Shown here one piece after another: positions 1 through 13,732 of a stretch of DNA of 57,883 bases. The notes beneath the pieces were generated by a model that worked only from the letters and a program-made list of their open reading frames with translations, searched no databases and was not told where the DNA came from. The stretch comes from Psammoneis japonica (taxonomy: Eukaryota), in NCBI GenBank assembly GCA_008632985.1, contig QPGO01000316.1, forward strand, positions 1 through 57,883, in the 5' to 3' direction. Both the position numbers and the translations under genes were made by a program. Each line of letters begins with the position of its first letter. Position 1 is the stretch's first letter.

Positions 1-491
1 TGCTCTCCAGACGATGTCCATCCGACAGGAAAGTAAGAAGCACCAAACGGTATACCAACCATAAAATTCAGAACGGACGCAATGACAACCGCAGGAATCT
101 GGCTTGCAATCAACTTGAAAACAGAAACGCTTTTTTCTTCTTCTGCACGCTTTTCTGAATTACTGCTGCTGCTGCTGCCGTTCGTGTCTCTTGTATTTTC
201 GTGTACATCTACAATAGCCCCATAGGTGGTTTCCATCCTTGATGGTTTGTCTGGATTTCTCACATCCACAAGAGAATGCCGCCGTCGACCGCCCTCGCTA
301 GTCTGCAGTTCTAGCATTTCCTGCTCTCGAATCTGTTCTGCGGCTGCAAGAGCATGAACGCTGCTCTGACGACGCGACTGAACGTGACAACTTTTCATGG
401 TTGAAGGCATGACTGGTGGTGGAGCTTCTACGTCGCTCAACAGCAGCGCCGTCTCATCCTTGGCGGCCGTCATGGTTGATTTACTAGCCAT
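1..491 (-). CDS. 5' part of a probable SulP/SLC26-like anion transporter (runs off the window edge)
   Basis: Manual translation: open frame from ATG at 491 to position 3 (MASKSTMTAAKDETALLLSDVEA...KLIASQIPAVVIASVLNFMVGIPFGASYFPVGW). The hydrophobic QIPAVV..NFMVGIPFGASYFP segment resembles the first TM region of eukaryotic SulP-like proteins (recalled, not searched). Confidence 0.55.
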   Translation of the reverse strand, partial: MASKSTMTAAKDETALLLSDVEAPPPVMPSTMKSCHVQSRRQSSVHALAAAEQIREQEMLELQTSEGGRRRHSLVDVRNPDKPSRMETTYGAIVDVHENTRDTNGSSSSSNSEKRAEEEKSVSVFKLIASQIPAVVIASVLNFMVGIPFGASYFPVGWTSSGE

Positions 492-1036
492 TTTGCCAGG
501 TGGCTTTTTCTGAGATTTCTTCCGGATTTCTTCAGATTTCTTCTCCAGATTTCGATGCGTCTGAGTTGGAGGGTTCACGGAAGACGGACGGAATCCAAAA
601 TTTCAAAATTTTATGCCACATACCGGTACACAGGTAGGGCCCTACACATGCATGGCTGCAATTAAAGTTCACCCGATGCTACTACTAACACCAACACCCA
701 TCCCTCATCATGGTACAAGGGAAAAAAGGCGATGATATACGTCCCCCCAAAAAATGAGTCTGTAATTGGTTTCAGAAGACAACTCCGTCATCGATCCGAC
801 CTCTAGATAGCAGACGAGAGCTGCGTGGAGCCTCTGTGACGCTGTGGTATGAACAAAGTGCAGCCATGTGGCAATGATTCTAGAGCTCTACTAAAGACAG
901 CTTTCTGTTCTCAACCTTGCAGCATATTCGCCCCACTACGATCATCGCTGTACTTTCGAGACTATTCCATTTTTGATTTGAAGACCCAAATACCCCTGTT
1001 CATTCGTGCCGTTTTGATGGCGAATCGACCCTCATA

Positions 1037-3664
1037 CTACCCCAAAGAAGCGCAGCTCTTCTTGTGCTTCTTCCAGTCTTTACGCTGGCAATCGCGTCCG
1101 CAGTACACGGCAGACTTGCAGCGTCCACACCTGCTGAATTCGCCCCTTTTGCCTTCCATCTTACCGCAACCGTTGCATTTGCCCAGCTTGCCAGTCAACT
1201 TGTAACAAGAATTGCTGTACATTTTGTGCACCCTTCCGCCACCGGTGTCAGGCTCGTTCCGAGACGCTGCCGATCCCATCATTGAAACATGCGGGATTAT
1301 CTCTTGGATGTAATGGCGACACATTTCGTCTTCTGAGGTGACTTGGGCAGCATACGGCTTCCAAGAATCGTTGTTCAGAACAAATCTTGTAAGAGAATCC
1401 ATAAAGATCATGGTCTGTTGAGTTCGTTGGTTTGCTTGTGCGAACGAGTCAAGTCGAAAAATCATAGACCGAAGGATGTGGCACGGGTCGGGAAACATGT
1501 CCGCACTGATTGCCCTTCCCATGGACGCCATGAGATTGTGGAAAAACCCTGAAATCGGAAGGAATGCATCTGTATCTGGCATGTCAATGCAACATGCAAT
1601 CAAATGCAATGATTTGACTTCCAAGAGACGCCGCGGATCACGGGAATGATTTGATCCCGATAGGAGAAGCAAAGAACGGCGCAGCGTGTTGTTCGCTTCA
1701 TACCCCATCGACTCCACCTCGTACCACTTTGCATGACTCTTGATGTTCTCGGTCAATTCGGCAAGCTCCCAGTCAACACGTGCATCAGTAGTGGAGCCTC
1801 CTTCAAAGAATTTCTCTCTACACAATTCTCCCAGTCGAGCCTTGTCGCCTTTCTCTCTTTCTTCTTCCTCGATACGCAAGTCCTTGGCCTTGTCGCAAAG
1901 AAACCTCATGCTATGCGCATGCCAACGAGCTGCAACCTGCTCAATCGAAGGACCCTCAATTGCAAAGAGAGATTCGTGCCACTCTCTGTCCCAGAGCAAA
2001 TGGACAACCAAGAGCATCGCGTTCCCTGCTTTCTTGCCTTCCGTAGCCGACAGCATATCCTTGACCAAAGCGGCACTCCTGGGATGTTGGAACATCAACA
2101 TGCGACAGTCTTTGATTCGAGACATGTGAGCTAGCGCAATCACCGCTTCTCTCGAGATGTTGTCGTAGGGAGACTGAGCTAGATCCATCACGAGCGGTAC
2201 CACGCCTCTAGAGAGCATCTTTGAAGCTAGCCGACCCGGAGCGACATTTGTCACGTTGTTCGCTTCTTCGAGTACCATGCTCCTTTGGCAGAGACTCGCA
2301 AAGATACTGACGGCTTTAGCTGCGGCGAGAGGTGCCACAATGTTCTGGCGCTCAAGCTGGCGCCTGTTGAGGCCGGCGACTGGAGTCTCCGCGACAATAC
2401 AAGCTGTCTTGAGTAATTTCCATGTACCCTTGTCAGAAACAACACGTTTAGCAACGTTCGGATGAAGAACCCCAATGATGGAGGCAAAATCCATCGACGC
2501 ACAATACTTCTCCCAACTTCGCTTGGATGATATCGAAGATAATAAAGCGGGCTCGACATGTTTCTCAAAGAAGAGAACGGCTAGATCAGAATTGGGAGAG
2601 CGCGTTTTCTGTTGTGCCTTGGACTGAAATACCACTTTTGCAGCATGTGCAGTGTCCGTCAAAGCCTTGATGACATCGGCAAACAGTTTGGTTACGCTTG
2701 CGTACGCCGCAAGCCAGCATAAAGATGCCAAGGAAGGCCTCGTCATATCAGCTTCCGCCATGGCTGTATACTTGATAGCCTTCTCTCGAAGGGAAAAGAG
2801 AGTTTTCTTGTGATACACGAGGGCTTTTGCCACATCCACGTCAGCCAATGAAGCACACGAGAGCATGTCAAAAGCTGTTTGGTACAAGCTCCCGGTAATC
2901 TCCGTAGGTGCGGCAATCTTTCCGCCCAAGGCATTCAGGAAGATTCCAATGTATTTCTTTATTTCAGCGGCATGGCTTTGAGTCCCAGTGCTCCTCTTCG
3001 ACGTCTCAAACTGCCACGGCGGTCCAAGAGGGCATTTCTTCTCGTAGTATCGGTCTGCAAGCTCCTGTAGTAGTTCAAGAGTGCCCTGGTCGCTGATAGA
3101 GATTTCAACGCCGCGATACTTGGGTGGCATTCCCGCCACGTCCTTGTGCTTGGAGTTTGGAGAAATACCATGATAAAGAACTTCATGGTTGGCATATGCG
3201 TATAGACCTTGAACAAATCCGCCAGCAAATGCCTGAATCTGAGCCATGGTAAGGTTGCGCTCGTCTTGAAGACTGCTGACAGTAGGATCCTCTTGATCAG
3301 GATTTTCGACCACTTCATCCACAACATCAGCATAGTGAAAGTCGGATGGAATGCCTATTTTGTTGTTGTTCTCGATTGTCTTGAGGTATTCGCCATAGCG
3401 CAAAAGTCTCACCCGAGCCGCATGATCTTGCAAGGCCTGTTTCCCCCATGCCGCTCTTTCTTGTTCGTCTTCGTGTCCGAGAAAAAAATGCCACGTGTTG
3501 TAATCTGGATTAGTCACAAATCTGTCGGTAGACTTTGGAGTAACACCCAGCTTTTCCATAAGATCGATATATCCTCCCGCGATAGCAGGGTCGCCACCGC
3601 TTTGGAACCAGTCCCTCAAAGCCTGCTGAACCTCGTCGGACGCAGGGGGCAAAGTCGGATCCAA
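1037..3664 (-). CDS. MYND-type zinc-finger protein with helical (ARM-like) central region; probably further 5' exon(s)
   Basis: 875-aa ORF ending in CNGC..CGRC..YCGRDCQRKDWKKHKKSC (MYND). The ORF starts at TTG and the frame stays open to a probable acceptor near 3740, so the true start is likely upstream. Confidence 0.8.
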   Translation of the reverse strand: MDPTLPPASDEVQQALRDWFQSGGDPAIAGGYIDLMEKLGVTPKSTDRFVTNPDYNTWHFFLGHEDEQERAAWGKQALQDHAARVRLLRYGEYLKTIENNNKIGIPSDFHYADVVDEVVENPDQEDPTVSSLQDERNLTMAQIQAFAGGFVQGLYAYANHEVLYHGISPNSKHKDVAGMPPKYRGVEISISDQGTLELLQELADRYYEKKCPLGPPWQFETSKRSTGTQSHAAEIKKYIGIFLNALGGKIAAPTEITGSLYQTAFDMLSCASLADVDVAKALVYHKKTLFSLREKAIKYTAMAEADMTRPSLASLCWLAAYASVTKLFADVIKALTDTAHAAKVVFQSKAQQKTRSPNSDLAVLFFEKHVEPALLSSISSKRSWEKYCASMDFASIIGVLHPNVAKRVVSDKGTWKLLKTACIVAETPVAGLNRRQLERQNIVAPLAAAKAVSIFASLCQRSMVLEEANNVTNVAPGRLASKMLSRGVVPLVMDLAQSPYDNISREAVIALAHMSRIKDCRMLMFQHPRSAALVKDMLSATEGKKAGNAMLLVVHLLWDREWHESLFAIEGPSIEQVAARWHAHSMRFLCDKAKDLRIEEEEREKGDKARLGELCREKFFEGGSTTDARVDWELAELTENIKSHAKWYEVESMGYEANNTLRRSLLLLSGSNHSRDPRRLLEVKSLHLIACCIDMPDTDAFLPISGFFHNLMASMGRAISADMFPDPCHILRSMIFRLDSFAQANQRTQQTMIFMDSLTRFVLNNDSWKPYAAQVTSEDEMCRHYIQEIIPHVSMMGSAASRNEPDTGGGRVHKMYSNSCYKLTGKLGKCNGCGKMEGKRGEFSRCGRCKSAVYCGRDCQRKDWKKHKKSCASLG

Positions 3665-4655
3665 TTTCCGGCGATTGATTTCGTTTTGAATGACATCTGG
3701 AATGTCACTGAAAGAAGAAGCATCCTGTCCATGACGCTATGTAGAAAGAATAACAATTGCAATGCCGCTGTGTGAGTTGTTGTTCCCGAGTATGCGCGTA
3801 CTTCAGTAGTAAGTTGCTGTTCGTGCCGCGCGACCGAGAATCCGTCGTGGATCCTTTTGTCGCTTGCTCTTTTGCTTACGCTCTTCGCCACTCACCTCAT
3901 GATAGCTTTCTTGCCACATGATGCTGCCGTAACAAGTGCAGGACTCGGTAACCGATGCTCTCTTGATGCAGCAAGACTATGATCGTCGTAGATCTCGAAT
4001 CACTACGTCGCTCTGCGTTTTGTGATCATGCATGAGGCAATCAAAGTCGCCGCGAAAGTGTGCGTCCGCCGTGCGTCGAAAATCTTTTCACTCATGCGAT
4101 GTTTTCGCTCGCGCGCTCGATCGCGATCGCTCGTTTTCGCGCAACCGTCTGGCAGTCTGCACCTGCGCTCCTTGATCCGGGGAACCGCACCACCTCCTCC
4201 TCCTAGAGAGTAGAGAGGTACTCTCTCTAAAGTCGAGAGAGAGCCCCGATTGAGAGTCATTAGCAGAGTAGACTTGAGGTAAAACGCTGCTGCTAGCTTT
4301 GGCTTTCAAGTTTTTAAGTGGAGGAAAATTAAGTACAGATTTTGGTGTTGCTGAGGGCTCAGTACATAGGTCTAGTACAGTACCTTTTCCCTTCTCTATT
4401 ACGGCCTAAGCTATTGCGCCTAGCTATATCTATAGCTTTGAATAAAGATCCGACTGGTACCTCTACTAACTACTACACTCCTATTCGTTAGAAATATTTT
4501 TGTCGTTCAAGTTATGGTGGAAGCTAATTTTGGCTTTCGGGCAGCGGATAGTTTTGAAATGTCATGATTTGATGCAAGAATGCTACACGCTTTTGACGGT
4601 TGGGGAATGCACGATAGTGAAAGCGTACCAAAGATCGAAACTGCCAATCTCTAGC

Positions 4656-5339
4656 TCATAAATCAGGATCGTCCACGCCAAACGAAGGCGGCGCAAACTG
4701 AAACAAAGGCGTATGAGCCTTTTTCTCGCAATCAACATTCCATCCATCACAATCATCGTCATCACTATCGTTGCTTTGCAAAGCGTGAAACGAATTTTGT
4801 GGCTTGTATTCTTTCGCACGATCATTTTGTTGTTGTCGATGTTGTGCAGCCAACATATGCAAGGATCGCATCCTTATTGGTTGTACATTATTTTGTTGAG
4901 TGCCTCCTTCCTGCAGATTGGCTCCGTGTTGTACTTGTCGTGTTGTTTCTTCCACCAGTTGTTCCGTGCTCTTGTCCTTGTCGTAAATTTTTAGATTTGC
5001 TTCCGGCATGGTCCACGTAGACGGCTTTATCTTTTTCTTTTTTGCAGTCTTTTGATTTTGCCGTTCCTCCATGGACAGAAACTGCTTTTGAAAATCGTCG
5101 TGCTCATCATTGTTCTTCTTGACTACAGGCGTCTGATGCTTGACCAATTGTAGTCTGCTGCTCTTGCTTGATCCGATTTTCGTTTTGATCGTCGTCGTCG
5201 TTTTGTTGCCGAGCAGCAGCACTTGCTGTGACTCGGGTCTCTTTGATACTTTTCCTTTTGATACGGATATACCACCAAAGGACTTTCGAGCAGCCCGTGC
5301 TTGCTTTTGTTTGGAAGTCTTGGAACGCTTCTTTCCCAT
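4656..5339 (-). CDS. Hypothetical Lys/Gln-rich protein
   Basis: 227-aa ATG-initiated ORF with a basic N-terminus (MGKKRSKTSK), head-to-head with FTHFS. No recognisable domain. Confidence 0.6.
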   Translation of the reverse strand: MGKKRSKTSKQKQARAARKSFGGISVSKGKVSKRPESQQVLLLGNKTTTTIKTKIGSSKSSRLQLVKHQTPVVKKNNDEHDDFQKQFLSMEERQNQKTAKKKKIKPSTWTMPEANLKIYDKDKSTEQLVEETTRQVQHGANLQEGGTQQNNVQPIRMRSLHMLAAQHRQQQNDRAKEYKPQNSFHALQSNDSDDDDCDGWNVDCEKKAHTPLFQFAPPSFGVDDPDL

Positions 5340-5577
5340 GGTCGATGAGGATTGGTGGAAGTTGTTTTTGTTTCTGGCGAGACTTGATCATGAATTTGAA
5401 ATTGTTGGTTCGAGGCAGTTCCTGACTGTCCGTCTTCCGTTGGAATTGAATTTCTCGAGCTCTCGAGCTCGTACTAGGATGACGTGTTCCTGCGCTTGCG
5501 AGCATGCATCACTTTTGACACAAAAACGTCGATCACATCATTTCTCATTTTCTTCCCGCGGGAACACGAACACAACC

Positions 5578-7718
5578 ATGAGCGACACCAACGCCATGGG
5601 CCACCCCAAGCTCGTGCCCAAGACGCCTGTTCCGTAAGCCATACTGGTCATCTTGGATTAGTGTATGTACTGTAGTTTCTGGCTGAGGCATGGTTGACTG
5701 ACGCTGTTTGTACATTCCTTCCTTTCTTTCCTTTGACATTTGCAGGAGTGACATTGAAATCAGTCAAGATGTCGTCAAGAACATAGGCCTGCTCCCCATT
5801 ACGGACGTTGCAAAAGAGTGAGTCGTCGTTTTCGTGTGTAGCTTGTAGCATTTTATTTTATCCTTGCTCATCTTATTCTTCTCTCAGAGCTGGTATAAAG
5901 GAGGATGAAGTTCTCCCGTGGGGCATTGCAAAGGCCAAGGTATCCCTGAGTGTGCGTGATCGTCTCCAGAACGAACCCAACGGGAACTACATTGTCTGCA
6001 CTGGTATAAATCCAACACCTCTCGGAGAAGGCAAATCCACCACAACGATTGGTTTGGCGCAAGCACTCGGTGCCACCTTGGGCAAGCCGACGTTTGCGTG
6101 CATTCGGCAACCCTCCCAGGGACCCACCTTTGGAATCAAGGGCGGTGCCGCCGGTGGAGGATATGCTCAAGTGGTTCCCATGGAGGAATTCAATTTGCAT
6201 CTAACGGGAGATATTCATGCGGTAACGGCTGCCAACAATTTGTTGGCTGCAGCCATTGAAGCGAGAATGTTTCATGAAGAGTCTCAATCGGACGCGGCTC
6301 TCTGGAAGCGCTTGTGCGGTGGGCGGGAGGAGTTTTCTCCCGTCATGATTCGTCGTCTCGCCAAGTTGGGAATCGATGTTAGCAAAAAGCCATCTGAATT
6401 GACAGAGGAGGAAAAGAGTGCATTTTGCCGTTTGGACATTGATCCGTCCACCGTTACGTGGCAGCGCGTGTTGGATACGTGCGATCGTCACTTGCGCCGT
6501 GTCACGGTTGGACAGGGACCAAACGAAACCGTGAAGTCAAAGACAGAGGAAGGGGTGCGTGTACAGCATGATCGTGAGACTGGATTCGATATTACGGTAG
6601 CATCCGAAGTCATGGCGGTCTTGGCGTTGTCCACCGATTTGAGTGACTTGCGAGAAAAGCTGGGTGCCATGGTGATTGGATATTCCCGGAGCCGAGTTCC
6701 CATAACAGCGGATGATTTAGGTTGTGGTGGAGCTCTCACAGTTCTCATGAAGGATGCAATCATGCCCACACTCATGCAGACTGTCGAGCGGACACCCGTG
6801 TTTGTCCATGCCGGCCCGTTTGCCAACATTGCCACTGGCAACTCGTCGATTGTTGCCGATGAACTTGCGCTCAAGCTTGTGGGGAAGGATGGCTTTGTCG
6901 TTACCGAAGCTGGTTTTGGTGCTGATATTGGCATGGAGAAGTTTTTCAATATCAAATGTCGTGCCTCTGGATTGAAACCGAAATGCGCAGTCATTGTTGC
7001 CACGGTACGAGCACTCAAGATGCATGGCGGCGGACCGCCGGTAAAAGCCGGGCAACCTCTATCGGAAGTTTATTTGGAGGAAAACCTTGATTTGCTATCT
7101 AAAGGATGTGCCAACTTGGCCAAGCATGTGGAGAATGCTAAAAGGTTTGGTGTCAATGTCGTTGTGGCGGTAAACAAATTCAAGACGGATACCGACAAGG
7201 AAATCGAAACCGTCAAAAAGGCCGCAATGGATGCAGGAGCATTCGACGCTGTAATGTCCAACCACTGGGCTGAAGGAGGTGCGGGAGCTGCTAATTTGGC
7301 AAGGGCCGTTGTAGGAGCGTGTGAAGCAGCCAACGAGGAGAACTTCAAGTTTTTGTACGACGTCAACTTGAGTATCCGTGAAAAGATCGAGATCATCTGC
7401 AAAGACATCTATGGCGCGGACGGAGTCGACTATGAAGAATTGGCGGAAAAACAAATCGCTCAATATGAAGAGGCTGGTTTTGGAAAACTTCCTATTTGTA
7501 TTGCAAAGACGCAGTACTCGTTTAGTTGTGACCCGGCAGCAAAAGGCGTACCAACTGGATTTCGTGTGACTGTTCGGGAGATTCGGAGTTGTGCAGGAGC
7601 TGGATTTTTGTATCCAATAGCTGGTACAATCCAGACCATTCCTGGCCTTCCAACTCGTCCGGGATTTTATGACGTGGACATTGACCTGGAAACTGGTGAT
7701 GTGGTTGGTCTCTTTTAG
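5578..7718 (+). CDS. FTHFS: Formate--tetrahydrofolate ligase (formyltetrahydrofolate synthetase), 3 exons
   Basis: Signature motifs [70 protein letters not shown] at 5578; GT-AG introns at about 5634-5745 and 5819-5887. Confidence 0.95.
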
Positions 7719-7816
7719 TCGAGCCGGCTGGTTCAAATGTGGGAGAGTGGAGGTCATAAACAAGAGCGCTATTTCGTAAATATATAGCTGTTGATACTTG
7801 AAACATCGCTGGTTCA

Positions 7817-10800
7817 TCACGCCTCAAAAAGCCCGTCATCGTCTTCAAAAAATGGGCTTGATTCGTCCTGAAGAAACGACTGTAAGACATCGCTGACATC
7901 GTATGCATCTCTTGCAGGCTGCGTTTCGTCTTTCAACTCTTTTGTTGGCTTTCCATGCGAGCTGTTCAAGCGCTGTGACACTTCACCGTCCATGTGAAGT
8001 TGGCACGGGGTTGGTGCTCCCGACTTCGCTCTATCTTGGCTTTGAGGAATCGGTTGCCTCTTGCAACTGGATTTGGGAGACGTCAAAGTCTGACCGCGTC
8101 CTGAGAATGAATTCTGTTGGTTCAGCTGCCTCAGAGAAGGACGCGGTTGAGAATTTCGATTTCTTGATCCCTTCCATTGCAAACTTGACGGAAGATACTG
8201 ATTCGGCGCGTTATTTTCATTGGATGAGGGTCCTAGTAGAGACGACTGTTCGCTGTCGCTCGCTCCGGACTCGTGGGTCTTCACGCTTTCTTCGAACGAG
8301 CTTGACTCTGCGAGGCCATCCTTTTGTAGATACTGACTTGAAGCCCGAGACATCTCATCCGAATCACGCCGACTCTTGTGTGAACCAGATTTCTGTTTTT
8401 TCGAGCGCCGACCTTTCTTGCGCAAATTCGAGTTGCGTTGCCGTTCAAGCTGGTACTGCTCCTTCTTCATTTCGTCTTGGACTGTCTTGGGGAACTTAGA
8501 TATGGTCGTGTGCATAACATACTTGATGAGAAGCATGACATGCTCCCATCCGACTACAATGCAAAACAAGCCCAAGCTCCCAACTCTCTCCCCAATCTCT
8601 CGAAAGAGTGAGTTGGTAAATCCCATCAGAAAGCAGTTGGTAAGAACGGCAATGACTGTAACAATGTGCAGCACGTGTTCCCAAACACCGATACCGCCGG
8701 TCTTTTGAGCGAGAGGACGCCTCCGTCCACGGCAGAGCTTGTATGCATCAAACCGCATGCTCAGCAAATGATTGATCAAGCAAATCAGCGGAGCTATCGG
8801 AAGGACGACGCTGAAGCAAGCAACAAATGCAAACTGCACAACTGCCTGGATATATTCGGGAAAGCTGTCGTGCTCCCGGAGCAAAACCTCTTCCCAAATG
8901 CTGCTTTGTGCTTGTTCGAGCAAGATTCTCTTGTTGACGAGTTGAACGCGCTTTGCTTTTACATCCTCGCTTTCTTCATCCGCATCTGCTAACATGAACT
9001 CCTGCATCTCAACGTCTCGAAGCTTTTCGAGCAGGCTCATCCGATGATAGTACCGTCTCACATGAAATACGAGCACTGGAAAATAAACGGACAAGACAAT
9101 ACTCCACCAATGCGCGACCGTCATGTAAACGAAAACTCCAGTGCCTACCCTCAGAATCCCATTCTCAATGGATTGATCAGAACCAACCGAAAGGTAGGAA
9201 TAGTAATAAAGTGCTGAGAAATAGCACACGAAACGGAAAGAAAACACCTTGATAATAAGATGGGTGCGATATTCTGATTCTGTCCTGTAGTTCTCGAAAT
9301 CGGTCAGGATCACCGAGACTCTCATCAGTAGCAAGTTGAGCAACGGGAGAAATAAACCGAGGAGTGCAGGAAAGCCGCCAACAATAAACCAAAATGTCGG
9401 ATCAGTCAATATCTCTTTGTTGAGTTCAACCGCATTGATGGGGGCCCTCTGTCCTACCGCACTGGTTGTAAAGTCAAAGCTGAAGCTCGATTGTTCAGCT
9501 GAGGTTTTCTGGTCGTAGTATCTGGCCAACTGATAGTCTCTGTTAGCATGGACTAACAGAATAATCCACATTGTGAGAGCGGTGAAGGCCAGAGTCAAGG
9601 GAAAGCTGATGAGGTACTTGAGCCAACGTTTCCATGACGGATAATAAACTATCCACTCTCCAGTGATCTCATCTCTCTGATATTCACCCTTAAACTGAGG
9701 CCTCGTCGTTTCCTGCTGTTTCAAATTCATCGTGCCCCAACGGAAGGCAAGAAAGTTTGACCTCTTGCGCCAATTAGACATGACCACAAAGGACCAAATC
9801 ATTACGACACAGGAAAAGAATGGCCTCAAGGGATGATCCCATCGCCCCGATGATAGTTGACAAATAAAGACGATCAACCCGACAACCGAAAGGAACATCA
9901 AATGTATCGAGCAATGCTGAAGCCATACAAAATAGTATGCCACTTTTTCTCCAAAGTATTGTTCAACCGAGTCTAGTGGCTGATGAATACACCCTCGAAG
10001 AAGGCGGTAAAAGATTCCAGGCACCTCCGCATTATTAGGCGGCATTTGAGACTCTGCGTAGCTTAGGTCGTCGCTCGAGGCAAACCGGAGAGAATTAGAC
10101 GACGCGCCCTTTGGCATCATTTGAACCTTCTCCGAGCCATCGGTCATACTACGACCATCTCTTCCTATCCAATTGCTCCTTCTCCAGAAATACACCCAGG
10201 CGTTATTCAAAACATCAAGTCGCTCTCGCATGTGAAGGGGTACACGGCGATCCACCATCTTGCCGAGGCCTGTATTCTGACCAAGTTCGGCGCCTGAATC
10301 CCGAATACGTGAGCGAATGATGAAGTCGATTATTGTCTGGCGTTCAGACGATCGGAACAATGAAGCTCCGTCTTCGTAGGGCGACCAAGGTTCATCGCTT
10401 GGACGAAAGATGGCAAGATTATCTTCACGAAAGGGTGCAAACGATCCTGGAATGCAACACAAGAAATATCAGCAAGATACGTTATGAGGGTAATTATCAC
10501 ATGCACACCTCCTTACCGTCTCGGGCCTTCAATTTTATTCGCAGGACTTCCGCAACGTCCATCAGTCTATCAGAGGGACACTGAATCATAAGCATGACGC
10601 GCCTCGCATCTAACGCATAGATGCGTTGTGTGTCCAGACCAGCTTGGCGCAACCTACTCCAAATCTGCAACAGCGAAGTTATTTCAGTCAGAAGACATTT
10701 AATCAAAGAACACCAAAACCATTGGCGGTAAATACATACCTGTGTTCCAGGAGTCCGGAAACCCAAGAAATAATCGGAAGGAGGAGGTACAGCGCCTTCG

Positions 10801-13732
10801 ACAGCATGGCCCTTCATATAGGACATGTCAGTTTTTCGAATCTTGGCAACAGCGTACTCAAACCAACTGACAGTCGGGGGCTCATGAAAGCGTTCCTTGG
10901 GCAGCCTGCTTCCATCGGGGATTGAATCCTCGGCATCTTCTTCGATGGCCTTGGAGTGCTCGTCATGCTCTCGTCGACTGTAGTTGGAGCCAAATCCTGC
11001 AGCACGTTGTTGAGCGAACCGACCAGAAGCTGCGTCCCGGTGCAGGAGTAGAAAACCTCGAAAGATCAGCCAGTATTCGCCTTCTGTTGCTGCCTCAAAG
11101 TCAAAATAGCGAAATTGAGCTTCCGAGCCTTCTCCAGAGTGCCACTTCTCGCTAGCTACCTTGTTCGAGGAAGTGCCTTTGAACCAGCGATGCCCGGTGT
11201 TTGTGACAAGCGAAAAGGAGTGAGGCGTGTAATATTCTGATTTTGATCGACGGAGGGAAGCAGTGCCATATTCTGCTAGTTCCGACCTCGGATCTTCATG
11301 TCGAGCAGGATGAACGGCAATGAGATTCGTCATATTAAAACTGCCGCTGTTCGCTACCTGTGTAGCAATATCTGTCACCTTCCTCTTCAATCCGCCTTGC
11401 TGCTCCATTTGTCGCTGACGATATTGCTTTGCGGCGATAAAGTCTGGTATGGAGAATGCTTGCGTTTCATCGTCATCATTGGTTAAATCTTTGGAACTCC
11501 ATCTCCTGGACAAGGCAGGAGCAAAGGTAGGGCTTTCCAATTTGGCTACGTTACGATTGTATCGAACTCGTTGCTCGTTGAAACCAAGCATGGCCTCTTC
11601 GGAATCAACATGCTGGTACTGAATTGTGTCGCCTCCATCATTAGATATCAGTCGACAATACACTGCTTCGGTGTTCGGCCGATGACGACGGACAATAATC
11701 CCTCGTTTCAGTGCAGAAAGAAAGCGCTCCATACCATGCGTACGAGCTGCAATACCACGAGGTATGACTTGGGTTGGGATATCCTCTTCTCGTAGGCTGT
11801 TGGGGTTGCGCTTTTGTCGCTTCTTGCCGGAGGTAGTTTCTTGCTCGTTGTTGGAGGCAGATGGTTGAGGTGTTATATTTTTTGCCAGTCGCTTTCGAAC
11901 TGATGAAGTTTTCTTGATGGAACGAACAGGCGGGGACATTAGGTCGCCGCCCATTCCAGACATGGCACGGTTTCCCCAACGCCTGCGCGCTGACGACATG
12001 CTTGGGTTCTGCTTCTTTTGACTCCTGTTGGGAGTAGGCGATGGATCAAAATCAGATTCCTTTTTACCTCGAACGGAAGCACCCTTCCCGGTAGGACTAA
12101 AGGCGTCTAGTGCTCGATCAAACATGCTCATGCGTTTCTTCAATGTCGGTCGCCCCGATCCTCCGACACTTGACAAGCCCCTGGAGAAATTCGTTCTCGA
12201 TGAATGCTCTGGAGCCGTACGAGGAGCGCAAAGAGGCGTTGCTTGATCTTGAGGCGTCTCCATGGACATTCCAACTTGTTGGCTTGAACGATTGTGTCGA
12301 TTACGAATCCCCGTTGTTGGTGTAATTAATGGGCTGCCGGCAACGGGATCATGAGGTTCATGTAGCTCTGAACTTTCGACAATCGATTCAAACAGCGGCT
12401 TTGAATCACCATCTTCTCCCAAATACTCAATTCGAAAATCCAAATGCTCTGTCCAAAACGCGTACGCTTCTTGCATGGTCAAGACAAGAGCAAAGTCATA
12501 GTGCTCCTCATCATGAGCTTTCGAATACCGTCCATTTTCTCTCTGTGTTTTTGCTCCAGATACTTTAAATCATTCAAATTCTGAAAGACGGTGGACAGTC
12601 CAAAGGTCTGAATGGCGGTATTATAGATGGTATGGAATATGTGCCTCATTTCTTGGTTTGTCACATTGGAAACCCGATCAATCTGGCCATTGGCTCGTCT
12701 CATCCATACCCGCCAGGGTACACGCGACATTATCCGAGCAATCCGAGAACCCATCGATGATGACGATCGCTCCCATTGATGATTTTCCTCAGCCATGACG
12801 GAAAATGTTCGAGAGGAAGCCATATCCCAACCGTCACGGTTTGCTTCCAAATCAAAAGACACTCTCCTCTGATTCGAGCGTTGTGTATACACGTGAGATG
12901 CGTTTGTGTAGGCCGACTCTGGAGACTGTATTCCCAAGCCGTGTAGCTGAGATGCTCCCGTCTGCACAGAAAACGACGGTGAGGTAATATTGGACATGGT
13001 TTGATCAAGCTTCATGTGCTCACCAGGTGGAGATACGAAAATATAAGCTCCTCCTGGTTCGGACGGCGAAGGTTTGTCGAGTTGAGATAGGTCCGGAGCC
13101 GAAGGTTGTGGATGAAATACTGGTACAGAAGCCTGTAACGGAGCAGAAGCTTGCATTGTACGAGCAGACGCTTGCATAGCCGCATCAAAAATTTCCGTTA
13201 AAGGAGCAGATGGTTGAGTAGGCTGCTGAGGGAAGGCAGCTTGAGTCGTGCTCCTTACGGTAGAAGACAACTCTGGAGATGTAGGCTGAGCCGTGTCGAG
13301 CAAAGTCGACGGCTCATCTGTCATTTCGTCAAATAAGGCAACGTCAGGAGCAGATTGCTGATGCCTAGGAGGAGGAGGTCCATGGTTGCCATACATGTCT
13401 TCTACCAAGTCCTCCACAACAGGAGAAGGTACCGCATCCGCTGATGGCTCGCGTTCAAACGCATGTCGCTCCGTTGCAAAAGCCGCAGCCGCCATGGACC
13501 CTACCGAAATAGGCGTTCGCTCCACGTGCTGAGATCGACCTCTTTTCTTATTATCAAGGTCCTGACCGCTCGCATGAATGGAACTCTGACTAGCATATCT
13601 CATATTGTTCAGCGTGAAAAAGGGTCGCGGTGTCCATTCTTCTTTGTCATTATAATTCGCAGGCGTAAGCGGCTTTGACTCCTCGTTCTCGTCGATATTA
13701 CCAGGAGGGGATGTGTAGTAGGGGAGTGACAT
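7817..13732 (-). CDS. Anoctamin/TMEM16 family protein with long N-terminal extension (multi-exon)
   Basis: ORF 7817-10462 has anoctamin motifs (QPLDSVEQYFGEKVAYYFVWL, LTDFENYRTESEY, EYIQAVVQFAFVACFSVVLPIAPL, GIGVWEHVL). ORFs 10497-12482 and 12479-13732 lie upstream on the same strand with short introns. The junction near 12.5 kb is uncertain (indel or intron). Confidence 0.8.
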